The notes below the pieces were generated by a model, which saw nothing but the letters and a program-made list of their open reading frames with translations, was not told where the DNA came from and did not search any database. The position numbers and the translations under genes were made by a program. DNA of 25,572 bases from a candidate division WOR-3 bacterium (GTDB taxonomy: Bacteria; Hydrothermota; Tepidihabitantia; Tepidihabitantales; Tepidihabitantaceae), in NCBI GenBank assembly GCA_965648905.1, contig CBFGIT010000034.1:1-25572 (forward strand). The letters run 5' to 3'. Shown one piece after another: positions 1-8,885 of the stretch. How positions within the stretch are numbered: position 1 is the stretch's first letter; each line of letters opens with the position of its first letter.

Positions 1-2
1 TC

Positions 3-764
3 CCGGTCCAATCCTACCATGACAAGCCCAAAGACCAGTTCGGCTATCTCGAGGCCGACACCGTCAGTCACTCAGGCACACGCTACGCCGGCGAGTTCTG
101 CCATACCCTGGTCGTCACCGAGACCGCAACCGGCTGGACCGCTCTCCGGGTGCTGCGCAACAAGGCCTGCCATTGGACCCTGACGGCGCTGCGCAGTATC
201 TTCCGCGCCCTGCCGTTCCGACCCACCGGCCTGCATTCCGACAACGGCTCGGAGTTCCTCAACTACCATCTGGCCGAGTTTGCCCGGCGCTGCCGGGTAC
301 CGTTTACCCGGTCCCGGGAGTACCAGAAGAACGACTCACCCTATGTCGAGAGCAAGAACTGGGCGCTGGTGCGGCGTCATGCCGGCTACCGTCGCTACGA
401 CACCCGGCAGGAGTACAGGGCCCTGAGCCGGCTGGTGGCGCTGGTTGAGCTCAAGCACAACCTGTTCATGCCGACGATGCGGCTGGTGCGGAAGGAACGG
501 CTGGGTGGCAGGGTCCGGCGGAAGTACGAGATCGACACTCCGCTCAACCGTGTGCTTGCTCAGCCCAATCTGGTTCCACGCCAAGGCCAACGAGACCCGA
601 CGGCCGCGGAAGCGATCAAGGCGACGCTGCGACACGCCGTTGCCAGCATCGACCTGCTTGGTCTCTGTGCAGCAATCGAGCGCGCTGAGGAAGAACTTGA
701 CCGCGCCTATCGGAGCAAGTATAAACCTGGCCGTCCACCAAAGGAGAAGTCCGATGCATCTTGA
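3..764 (+). mobile_element. IS transposase, rve/DDE integrase-core type (ISNCY/IS481-like); 5' part lies outside the window
   Basis: Frame is open from base 3 (PVQSYHDKPKDQFGYLEADTVSH...TETATGW) into the 150..764 ORF. Catalytic motifs EADTV, HSDNGSEF and FTRSREYQKNDSPYVESKN..VRR.AGYRRYD. The element probably ends near 781-805 (GGGTAGATCCAATTCTGAGGCAA); that end is unconfirmed. Confidence 0.9.
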
Positions 765-835
765 TACCAGCCCTAGCCGCTCGGGTAGATCCAATTCTGA
801 GGCAAGACGATCCGCGCGGCGCGAAGCCGAAGAAC

Positions 836-1711
836 TCATCCCGAGTTACCCGATGGTCGGGGCACAGCATCCGGTCCTGGCTCGACCGGCTGGCGTAGGC
901 TGAAGCACACCGGCTCAACCCCCAGACCTCGAAGCAGGTCCTGCGCTCTCGCCAGGCCTGTTCCGAGGTCATCAGGCCGGTGTGCATCCGAGCCGATAGT
1001 GAAGACCCTGACGCCGCGGTCGACCGCCTGCGCCAACAGTCGCCTCGCCGGATACGGCTCATCTGAGCCACGCCGCAGGGCCGAGCTGTTCACCTCAATC
1101 CCGGTGCCCGAGCGAGCCACCTGTTTCAGGACCTCAGACATGCCATCGTTGATGGCATGAACGAACGTCTCGTCGAACAGCGGCTGAAGGTACCTGCGGT
1201 AGATGTCAACATGGGCCAGACAGTCGAACAACTGCGAGCCGGCCGCAGCAGCAAGATTCCGACAGTATCTGCGGGCAACAGCCTCGCCGCCGAGCGGAAC
1301 CAGCTCGCATCGGCAGTAGTCCAGCTCGTCACCCGCGGTAATCGCCACATGGTCAAGGCAGTGCACTGCACCGAGCACGAAGTCAAACCGGTACCGGACA
1401 AGGAAGTCGCAGATGACTCCCTCAAGCCCGGGCTCATAGCCGACCTCAACCCCGGCCCGCACGACGATTGACGGAAACGCGGCCCGGGCCCTGTCAATCG
1501 CGGTCAAGTAGGCATCAGGCCAGTCGGAATCAACCGGCTTGGGCTGTCCGGCAACAATCACCCGTTCGCGGTCGGCACGCATTGGGTCCGGTTCATAGTG
1601 AGTCGTGAAGCAGAGCCCGTCAAGCCCGATGCGCTCGGCCTGGGCGCAGTACTCCGCGATCGTGCCCTGCGCGTCGGGCGAGAAGTCGGGATGAACGTGG
1701 CAGTCAATCAC
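836..1711 (-). CDS. PHP-domain phosphatase, histidinol-phosphatase HisJ/HisK family
   Basis: DCHVHPDFSPDA, CFTTH, GVEVGY, DFVLGAVH, CLAHVD, IEVNSS and TIGSDAH motifs. Start placed at GTG 1711, which overlaps the upstream stop, rather than 1744. Confidence 0.88.
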   Translation of the reverse strand: MIDCHVHPDFSPDAQGTIAEYCAQAERIGLDGLCFTTHYEPDPMRADRERVIVAGQPKPVDSDWPDAYLTAIDRARAAFPSIVVRAGVEVGYEPGLEGVICDFLVRYRFDFVLGAVHCLDHVAITAGDELDYCRCELVPLGGEAVARRYCRNLAAAAGSQLFDCLAHVDIYRRYLQPLFDETFVHAINDGMSEVLKQVARSGTGIEVNSSALRRGSDEPYPARRLLAQAVDRGVRVFTIGSDAHRPDDLGTGLARAQDLLRGLGVEPVCFSLRQPVEPGPDAVPRPSGNSG

Positions 1712-3455
1712 CGTCTGCTGCCAATTCGAGTTGTGCCGCCGCATCGAGATTCGGACCCGGGCTCCAGGTGCAGCCGACCTTCAACCCGAGCCGGCCCGGC
1801 CCGACCATGCTGATTCCCGCACCTGCAGCCGTTCGCCAGCCTGTACATGCGGTGTGAAACGAACCGCCGGCACGCATCACGCCGGGCTCGACCGCACTCA
1901 TTGTGATGCCCGAGCCGGTGATGACAAACCGTGCTACTGACACCCCACCGGAGAACCAGCGCCGGCGCAGGAAAGCCATCAGGCCGACTGCCAAACCCCG
2001 CCCGGGCCGCAGCTCCGGGTGCTCGTCGGCCAGGACAAGAATAACCCGGCCGCCTGTTTCAGGCTCGAGTTCAAACTTGAGCTGACTGCTGTGACATCGG
2101 CCTTCACCAGCCCGAAACACCCGGCCGAGTTCCAGTCTCGCCCTCAGCCACCCAACTCGCTGGCCGATGTCCACTGCCAGTCGGGCCGGAAGAGAATCAA
2201 ATTCGAAGTCCCGATAGGAGTTTGCCCGGCAATTCGCACCGAACCCGCGGGCCCGGTAACCGAACCGGACCGAGCCGTCAAGTCGTCCACCGCTGCTCGT
2301 CGTGCTCGACCAGCGACCGTGAGGAGAGAAGAACCCATGTCCGCGTCCGCGCAGATTCATTCCGGCCGCGACCCCGCGCCGGTTGCCGGAGACCTCAAGT
2401 GCACCGGCAACTCGGCGGCTGCTCGTCGCAGCCAGTTCCGCGCCGACCGCATAGCCTTGCGTCAGCCACTCCAGGCTGACACCACCGACCGACAAGTCCC
2501 GACCGAAGAATGCACAGGCCGAGTCCCGGGCTACAAACGGTCGATTGTACGCGACGCGCATGCCCGATGCTCCGAGCTGAACCTTCTGCCAGCGGACACG
2601 GACAACAGCACCAGCCGAATGCTCGGTCAAGGTTCCCTTTTCAGCCCGCGCCGCGGAATCGACATGCCTGCCGTCGGTTCGAACGCGCTCAACCGACCCG
2701 TCGGGATTGAGTCGTGCATCGCGGGCCGAGGTCGCTACCCAGCCCAACGCGCCAAGTCCTGTCTTACTGGCCTCCAGGCCAAATCCTCGCAGCCCTGAGC
2801 CTTCGGTTGCCGACACGGGAAACTCGAGTTGCCCTTTGGCCCATGCTTTCTCGTTCAACCAACTGCTGCCGCGCCGACTGGCCGAACTCAACACCAGACC
2901 ACGTCCGCTTCCCAATGTCAGGTCACCAAGCACGGCTCTGAATCGGCTCGACCGGAATTGCAGGCTGCCACCGACAAAGTCAAACCAGTTCGGCTCGCAT
3001 CTATCCTTCTCTACGACTCCGGCCGCCTGCCAGGGACCGTTGCTTACCTGTGCGCGCGTGAACAGGGTCGGCCGATGCCCCGGGCCGGCGAACGAGTCTA
3101 CCGCTGCCCGAAACATAGCCGACGATGTCCAAGTCCGGGTGCTCCTCCGAATCGTGACCACGTCAAAGAGCGACTGAAGAACATCGGAGTTCATGCCGGG
3201 AACCAGCCTGAGTTCACTCATGTCACAGAAGCCGCCCATGGAATCCCGGGTGCGGATGATGGCATGAGCCAGAAATGGTTCGAGCCACGGGATCGCCAGC
3301 AAGTCTTCAACCGATGCCCGGTTCAGGTCAACCGGCTGGGCCAGCAACTGCTCCATTTCTTCCTTCAAGGCGACGTCGGCCTCGGTCCAGCTATACGACG
3401 GGAGGAGGTCGGTCTCTTCCGGGACAAAGAACAGCAAGACAGCAATCAGCGCCAC
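1704..3455 (-). CDS. Helix-hairpin-helix (ComEA-like) domain protein with long beta-rich, probably outer-membrane, C-terminal region
   Basis: Hydrophobic N-terminus; PVDLNRASVEDLLAIPWL...IIRTR...GGF..MSELRLVPG HhH motif; EKD..E...DF and LGD..LG.G.GLVL segments typical of FCB-group HhH proteins. Confidence 0.8.
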   Translation of the reverse strand: MALIAVLLFFVPEETDLLPSYSWTEADVALKEEMEQLLAQPVDLNRASVEDLLAIPWLEPFLAHAIIRTRDSMGGFCDMSELRLVPGMNSDVLQSLFDVVTIRRSTRTWTSSAMFRAAVDSFAGPGHRPTLFTRAQVSNGPWQAAGVVEKDRCEPNWFDFVGGSLQFRSSRFRAVLGDLTLGSGRGLVLSSASRRGSSWLNEKAWAKGQLEFPVSATEGSGLRGFGLEASKTGLGALGWVATSARDARLNPDGSVERVRTDGRHVDSAARAEKGTLTEHSAGAVVRVRWQKVQLGASGMRVAYNRPFVARDSACAFFGRDLSVGGVSLEWLTQGYAVGAELAATSSRRVAGALEVSGNRRGVAAGMNLRGRGHGFFSPHGRWSSTTSSGGRLDGSVRFGYRARGFGANCRANSYRDFEFDSLPARLAVDIGQRVGWLRARLELGRVFRAGEGRCHSSQLKFELEPETGGRVILVLADEHPELRPGRGLAVGLMAFLRRRWFSGGVSVARFVITGSGITMSAVEPGVMRAGGSFHTACTGWRTAAGAGISMVGPGRLGLKVGCTWSPGPNLDAAAQLELAADGD

Positions 3456-4249
3456 TCTATTAACACCCCGACAATGTGTGTATCCTTCAGTTGTGGATGG
3501 AATCGCCAGGCGTAGCTGAGTCCCAGCATGCCGGCCCTGACCTCCAGGCCACCGGCATACTGCAACGGAGCAGTCTGGACTCCAGCCCGCAGACGGAGTG
3601 GTGGCGCAAGCCTGAACTCGACCCCGCTGGCAACCGCCTCGCTGCCTGCCTGACGCAGAATGTCGGCCGCAAGCAGTAACTCGTCAACCGGCTGCCAGGC
3701 AGCCGATGCGGCAAGGCATCCCGGCTGTTCGTCGCTGTCCTGCCAGCGTGGTCGGTTGAGGTTCGTGGCCGCCACGCCAAGCGCGAATCGGCCCAGGGCA
3801 TACCAGCCACCGACATCAAGACTCAGCGCAATGTCCGAGTTGGCTCCATCCTGATTCAGCACCAGAACGTGAGTCCCAAGGCCGAGCCATGTCCTGGCAA
3901 CGGGCGTGCCGGCAAGGACGAACTGCACGTCGGACTCACGGAAGCGACCCAAGGCCAGACTGCCTGCTCCAAGCGAACCACCCCAGCGCCGCTGTTTGAG
4001 ATGGAGCGCGGTCGCAACCCAGGTCAACCCCTCAAGGCCATACGGACGACAGCCAACTGCTGCGAAACCCGACCCGGAAGGTACACCGACCAGTGCCGGG
4101 TTGAGCCAGAGCCCGTGGCGCCAGTCAGCCACCGCACCGCCCGCCAGCATCGCACCAGCCTGACCACTGCCGCAGGAGAACTCGAAAGCGGAAACAAGGA
4201 TGAGCAGGCAGACCAAATGGACTACCGTTCTGCCGGTGCTGCTGAGCAC
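3446..4249 (-). CDS. Putative outer-membrane beta-barrel (PorV/PorQ/FadL-like)
   Basis: Signal-like N-terminus, GQAGAMLAGG..A...WLNPA.. hatch motif, alternating beta strands, LRLRAG and SYAW..HPQL.DTH near the end. Overlaps the HhH gene start. Confidence 0.6.
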   Translation of the reverse strand: MLSSTGRTVVHLVCLLILVSAFEFSCGSGQAGAMLAGGAVADWRHGLWLNPALVGVPSGSGFAAVGCRPYGLEGLTWVATALHLKQRRWGGSLGAGSLALGRFRESDVQFVLAGTPVARTWLGLGTHVLVLNQDGANSDIALSLDVGGWYALGRFALGVAATNLNRPRWQDSDEQPGCLAASAAWQPVDELLLAADILRQAGSEAVASGVEFRLAPPLRLRAGVQTAPLQYAGGLEVRAGMLGLSYAWRFHPQLKDTHIVGVLIEWR

Positions 4250-4262
4250 CGGCCTGGGCCGA

Positions 4263-4616
4263 CTACTTCACGTAGTACAGAAACCGGCCGCAGTTCGGGC
4301 AGATAACCAGTTCGGTCCGGCACCGCGCCACCAGTTCTGAAGGAAGTTTCACGTAACAACCGCCGCAGAACTCCCGAATGACCTGCACGACGACCCGGCC
4401 GCCGTAGCGCTTCATGATCCGCTCGTACTGCGCCAGCAGCCTTGGGTCGACCTTCTTCGTCAGTTTCTCCCGCTCACGTTCCGCGGTCTTGATGAACTCA
4501 TCCGAGGCCTTGAGTCCTCCGAAACCCACCGCCTTGTAGTCGTCGGTCTCGATGTCGCGCAGGATGTGGTCGAACTCCTCCAGTGACCGCAGGGTCTCAA
4601 TCCGGTCGGAGTTCAT
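4263..4616 (-). CDS. C4-type zinc-ribbon protein (short DUF164/HP0958/CT398-like)
   Basis: Short coiled coil, then LLAQYERI, CGGCYVKLP and CPNCGRFLY. ATGA overlap with the IIA gene. Confidence 0.85.
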   Translation of the reverse strand: MNSDRIETLRSLEEFDHILRDIETDDYKAVGFGGLKASDEFIKTAEREREKLTKKVDPRLLAQYERIMKRYGGRVVVQVIREFCGGCYVKLPSELVARCRTELVICPNCGRFLYYVK

Positions 4617-5071
4617 CGAATCTTCTCCTCGAGCTTCCGGACGAGCTCAATGAACTCCTCGGGCGACTGGGGGTCAAAGAGGCGCTTCTTCTTGGCTAGT
4701 TCCTGACAGACCATGGCTACTCGTCCCAGGGTAATCAGATACTGATTGCCCGGGTCCTGCGGTGGAGCCATAATGAGGAAGAACATGTGCGCCGGCTTCT
4801 TGTCGACCGAGTCAAAATCAATGCCCTTGGTCGACCGGCCGACGGCCATCTCCAGCTTGTCAATCAGCAACGACCGGCCGTGGGGGATGGCAATCCCCTT
4901 GCCGATGCCGGTTGAACCCAACTCCTCGCGCTTCAGCAGCGTCTGGAGCAACATCTCGGCATCGTCGCCCTGACGAACGAGCGCGACGAGGTCCCTGAGT
5001 ACTTCGGTCTTCTTCTTTGCCTTCAGATCGAGGTCAATGCGTTCAGCTCGCAGCAGGGATGTGAGATTCAA
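4613..5071 (-). CDS. ptsN: PTS EIIA protein, nitrogen-regulatory/fructose type
   Basis: REELGSTGIGKGIAIPHGR with the phosphorylatable His, and GIDFDSVDKKP. TTG start after GGAGG-like AGAGGAGG. Confidence 0.85.
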   Translation of the reverse strand: MNLTSLLRAERIDLDLKAKKKTEVLRDLVALVRQGDDAEMLLQTLLKREELGSTGIGKGIAIPHGRSLLIDKLEMAVGRSTKGIDFDSVDKKPAHMFFLIMAPPQDPGNQYLITLGRVAMVCQELAKKKRLFDPQSPEEFIELVRKLEEKIR

Positions 5072-5083
5072 CCAGGCCTCCTC

Positions 5084-5467
5084 TCAGGCGCGTACGCGCC
5101 CGGCTCGACGGTCATCATCGGGACTCTCGGGAAACGTCCGCTGCGGGGCATCTCCCCACAGCCGTTCCAGGCCATAGAACTGGCGGACTTCACCTAACAG
5201 AATATGCACCACAACGCTGAAATAGTCAAGAAGAACCCACGCGCCGTTTTCCTCGCCCTCGACATGGTGGACCGGCTCACCTTCGCGTTTGAGCCGCTCA
5301 CGAAGGTCCTCGGCAATCGCCCGTCCGTGAATCTCGGAGCCGGCCGTAGCCAGGACGAAGTAGTCGGCCAGCGGTGAGTGGCGACGCAGGTCCATGATCA
5401 CGATGTCGTCGCCCTGCCGGTCGTAGATCAACTCCGCGGCGCGGCGGGCGAGTCGCTCTGACGTCAT
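5084..5467 (-). CDS. rsfS: Ribosome silencing factor RsfS
   Basis: DIVIMDL, ADYFVLATA, WVLLDY..VVVHI and RQFYGLERLWGDA. ATG at 5467 preferred over TTG 5473. Confidence 0.95.
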   Translation of the reverse strand: MTSERLARRAAELIYDRQGDDIVIMDLRRHSPLADYFVLATAGSEIHGRAIAEDLRERLKREGEPVHHVEGEENGAWVLLDYFSVVVHILLGEVRQFYGLERLWGDAPQRTFPESPDDDRRAGRVRA

Positions 5468-5469
5468 CG

Positions 5470-5916
5470 TCAATGCAGCGGCACAACCCCGGGGAAGTAC
5501 CGGCGGAAATCGTCGCCGACAATCAGTTGGGCCTCAAGGAACCGAAGTGAGTCCAGGGAAACCGTGGTGTCCGGCATCAGCCACCCGCGCAGCGGTATCC
5601 GCCACCAGCGCCGTCGGACTGCAAGCGAACGGGCAACCCGGATGGCATGACTTCCTTTCGGGTCGCGCAGGTCCACGACGCGCGTACGCGCATAATGCTC
5701 GATGCAGTTACCGACGCCGTACACATTGTAGCCGCGCAGCAACAACTCATCGGCCACGGCACGTCCGACTCGCGGCAGACCGCAGCCGTTGATGACCTCC
5801 AGCCGGACCGACTTCGGGTCGAACCGGAAATCGTCGTTCGTCCAGAAGAACCGCACGACAACCGACACGACCGCAACCGCCAGCAGCACAACCAGCAGAA
5901 CAAGCAGGACTTTCAT
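5470..5916 (-). CDS. LytR C-terminal domain (LytR_C) membrane-anchored protein
   Basis: N-terminal TM helix MKVLLVLLVVLLAVAVV; RLEVINGCGLPRVG...L...GYNV...GN; LIVGDDF. ATG 5916 forms an ATGA overlap with the upstream stop. Confidence 0.85.
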   Translation of the reverse strand: MKVLLVLLVVLLAVAVVSVVVRFFWTNDDFRFDPKSVRLEVINGCGLPRVGRAVADELLLRGYNVYGVGNCIEHYARTRVVDLRDPKGSHAIRVARSLAVRRRWWRIPLRGWLMPDTTVSLDSLRFLEAQLIVGDDFRRYFPGVVPLH

Positions 5917-6656
5917 CGCACCGCCGATGATCGAGCCATCCACATACGTTCGATCGCTGCCAGTTGCTCGGGAGTGTTCGCCCCGAGCATCTCGCACGGG
6001 TCATCCATCAACACGGCGACGACTCTGCCGCCGTTCGCCCGCACCAGCTCAACCGCATCGGTCAGATAGTATTCACCGGAGACCCGACTGGGCCTGACCT
6101 GCTCCAGAGCCGGCCGAACCCGACCCCAGACGAATGCGTAGAATCCCGAATTCACCTCTTTGACCCGACGTGTCTCGTCGTCGGCGTCGCGTTCCTCGAC
6201 GATCCGCTCAATGTAATCATCGACACCGCGCAGCACCCGACCGTAGTTGTGAGGGTTATCCAAGACCGCGGTCAGCACCGCCACATCCGCCTGAGTCCGG
6301 CGTCGAGTATCAACCATCCGGCGTATCGTCGGTCCGGTCATCAACGGTACGTCACCGTAGACCACGACGCACTCCTCCGCCGGCCCGACCAGGTCCCGAC
6401 AGGCAAGCACCGCGTCGGCCGTGCCTTTCGGCTCGGCCTGAACCGCAAACTCCAGCCCCTGGTTCGCAAACCGTGCCCGGACCGCCTCTCGACCCGCGCC
6501 AACCACAACGATGATGCGCGTCGCCCCGGCAGTACGGCACGCATCAATAACGTGAGCAAGCAACGGTCGACCATCGAGGACCTTAAGCACCTTCGGCTCA
6601 CCCCCACCCATGCGTCGGCTCTCCCCTGCGGCCAGCACAATCGCCGTCATGTCCAA
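5913..6656 (-). CDS. GlmU-like GlcNAc-1-P uridyltransferase, N-terminal domain only
   Basis: LAAGESRRM..PKVL, Q.EPKGTADAV, YGDVPL, YGRVLR, IVEERDA, EVNSGFY and GEYYLTD. Ends at ~247 aa with no hexapeptide domain. Start is TTG 6656 or ATG 6650. Confidence 0.88.
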   Translation of the reverse strand: MDMTAIVLAAGESRRMGGGEPKVLKVLDGRPLLAHVIDACRTAGATRIIVVVGAGREAVRARFANQGLEFAVQAEPKGTADAVLACRDLVGPAEECVVVYGDVPLMTGPTIRRMVDTRRRTQADVAVLTAVLDNPHNYGRVLRGVDDYIERIVEERDADDETRRVKEVNSGFYAFVWGRVRPALEQVRPSRVSGEYYLTDAVELVRANGGRVVAVLMDDPCEMLGANTPEQLAAIERMWMARSSAVR

Positions 6657-6758
6657 ACGAGGTGCTGTTCCGGTCGTCGCCCTGTCGGCCTGGCCGCCCG
6701 GAACAGTGCCGCGGCCACCGACCAGTGCCGCGACTTCGCCATTTTCACCGGCGGTCTT

Positions 6759-7187
6759 CTACTTATCCGCCTTATCTGAGCCGGGCTTGCGCCCGCCTTT
6801 CTCGCGGGCCGCCTTCTCCGTATGACGCTCTTCGCGCACGACCAGCTCCAGAATCGCCATCTCGGCACCATCGCTCTCACGCGGCCCGAGACGGTAGATT
6901 CTCGTCCAACCGCCGGGGCGGTCCTTGAAGCGCGGAGCGATTGTGTCAAACAGCTTCTTCACGAGCGTCTTGTCCGGAATGAACTTGACTACCTCACGCC
7001 GGCTCGCAATCGTGTTCCGGCCAGCGAAACGAAGCATCCGCTCGGCATACTGGCGGGCAACCCGTGCCTTGGGCAACGTGGTCTTGATTCGTTCGTAAGT
7101 GAACAACGCTCGCACCAGGTTGCGCATCAGGGCGATCCGGTGCGACCGGGTCCGCCCCAGCTTCTTGACTTTGTCTCCGTGGCGCAA
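6759..7187 (-). CDS. rplQ: 50S ribosomal protein L17
   Basis: MRHG..KKLGRT.SHR.ALMRNL, RIKTTLPKA and RPGGWTRI...R..DGAEMAILELV. TTG start with GAGGAG RBS. Confidence 0.98.
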   Translation of the reverse strand: MRHGDKVKKLGRTRSHRIALMRNLVRALFTYERIKTTLPKARVARQYAERMLRFAGRNTIASRREVVKFIPDKTLVKKLFDTIAPRFKDRPGGWTRIYRLGPRESDGAEMAILELVVREERHTEKAAREKGGRKPGSDKADK

Positions 7188-7189
7188 GA

Positions 7190-8224
7190 CTACTCCTCTC
7201 TCTGCTCCGGCTCCCGTTCCGCCAGGGGCAGGCCGGACACGTCCATCCCGAGCGACAAACCCATGTCCTCAAGCACCTTTCTCAGTTCCTCGAGCGACTT
7301 CCGGCCGAAGTTCTCGATGTCGAGCATGTCCTTCTCGGTCCGCTGTACGAGGTCGCCGATCGTGTTGATTGCCACGCGCTCACCAGTGGACTTGGAATGA
7401 CCTTTCTTCAGGCAGTTGAGCGCGCGGTTCGACAGTTCGAGTTCCTCGATGTCCATCGCCAGCAGTTCCGACATCTTCTCGCGGTCACGGAACAACTGCT
7501 CTTCCTCGATGAACTCGGGTTCCTTCTCCGCGGGCACAAGCACGGCCATGTGATTCTTGAGAATCGTGCCGGACTGAATCAGCGCCTCTTCCGGCCGCAC
7601 CGTACCATCGGTCCAGACCTCAAGCACCAGTCGCTCAAAGTCGGTTCGGTCGAGCACACGCATTGACTCAACCCAGAAGTTGACCTTCTTGACCGGCGAG
7701 AAGAAGGCGTCGAGGAAAATCGTCCCCTCAGGGGCGGTCCGGTTCTTCTTGATGCGCTCGGCTTTGACATAGCCGCGGCCGTTCTCGACCATCATCTCGA
7801 TGCTGACCGTCCGCTTGGCGTCGGAGATGGTCAGCAGCTTCTGGTCCGGGTTGGCGATGACGATTTCCGGCGGTACGGTCAGGTCTCGGGCCATGAACTC
7901 GCGCCGGCCATGAGCGTGCAGGTGACAAAGCTTTGGCGTCTCCGACCAGAGCCGCATCCGCAGCCGCTTCAGGTTCAGGACGATCTCGGGCACGTCCTCG
8001 ACGACATCGTCAATCGTGAAGAACTCGTGCGGAACGCCGTCAATTCGAACCTCGGTAATCGCCGCTCCTTGAACTGAGGAAAGCAGGGCGCGGCGCAGCG
8101 AATTGCCCATCGTCTGACCCCAGCCCTTCTCCAGGGGGGCAACGGTGAACCGGGCATAGGTGTCGGTCGCGGACTCGGCGTCGTGCTCGACCTTCTCGGG
8201 CAGGACAAAAGGCTTAAGCTTCAT
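7190..8224 (-). CDS. rpoA: DNA-directed RNA polymerase subunit alpha
   Basis: [54 protein letters not shown] and NFGRKSLEE. True start is ATG 8224 (ATGA overlap with rpsD). Confidence 0.98.
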   Translation of the reverse strand: [344 protein letters not shown]

Positions 8225-8835
8225 TTCGAGTACAGCTCCACAATCAACTGCGTATTGCAGGGTATGTCCTTGACGTCTTCCGGTGTCGGCACGCGAACCA
8301 CGGTACCGGTCCCGCGCTCCGGATTCACCGACAGCCAGGTCATGCCGGGCGCTTCCTTGGTGGCAAGTATCGGACCGATGACCTTGAGGCTCTCCGGGCC
8401 GTTGATGCCGACGGTCTGACCGGCCTTGACCGCATACGACGGGATGCTGATGCGACGGCCGTTCACCGTGATGTGACCGTGGCGCACGAACTGCCGCGCC
8501 TGGGTACGGGAACTGGCGAACCCGAGCCGGAACACGACATTGTCCAGTCGTCGTTCGAGCGCAATGACAAGACTCGCCGCCGTATTCTTGGTCTTGGCCG
8601 CCTTCAGGAAGTAGTTGTGAAACTGCGCTTCGAGGATGCCGTACATCATGCGCAGCTTCTGCTTCTCGCGCAACTGAATCGAGTAAGCCGACATCCTTCT
8701 CCGACCGCGTACTTCCGGCTCCTCGCCGCGCTTCATCAGCACGCACTTGTCGGAAAGGCACTTGTCGCCCCGCAGGAAGAGCTTCTCCTTGGCCTTGCGG
8801 CAGCGCTTACACTTTGGTCCGATGTATCTTGCCAT
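8221..8835 (-). CDS. rpsD: 30S ribosomal protein S4 (Zn-binding Cys form)
   Basis: MARYIGPKCKRCR..KC...KC, QLREKQK, LERRLDNVVFRLGFA, ARQFVRHGHI.VNG and IVELYSK. Confidence 0.98.
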   Translation of the reverse strand: MARYIGPKCKRCRKAKEKLFLRGDKCLSDKCVLMKRGEEPEVRGRRRMSAYSIQLREKQKLRMMYGILEAQFHNYFLKAAKTKNTAASLVIALERRLDNVVFRLGFASSRTQARQFVRHGHITVNGRRISIPSYAVKAGQTVGINGPESLKVIGPILATKEAPGMTWLSVNPERGTGTVVRVPTPEDVKDIPCNTQLIVELYSK

Positions 8836-8847
8836 GATTACGTCCCG

Positions 8848-8875
8848 ATTATAGACGGCCTGAACGCATAGTCAA
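8848..8875 (-). promoter_or_regulatory. sigma70-type promoter internal to the alpha operon, upstream of rpsD
   Basis: Minus strand TTGACT-N16-TATAAT in the rpsK-rpsD spacer; 12 nt from the -10 box to the rpsD ATG. Confidence 0.7.
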
Positions 8876-8885
8876 ATCCTCGGAC

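Noticed and set aside
8225..8761. 179-aa N-terminal extension of RpoA in the ORF track
   Set aside because: It overlaps rpsD in another frame. The true start is the ATGA-coupled ATG at 8224.
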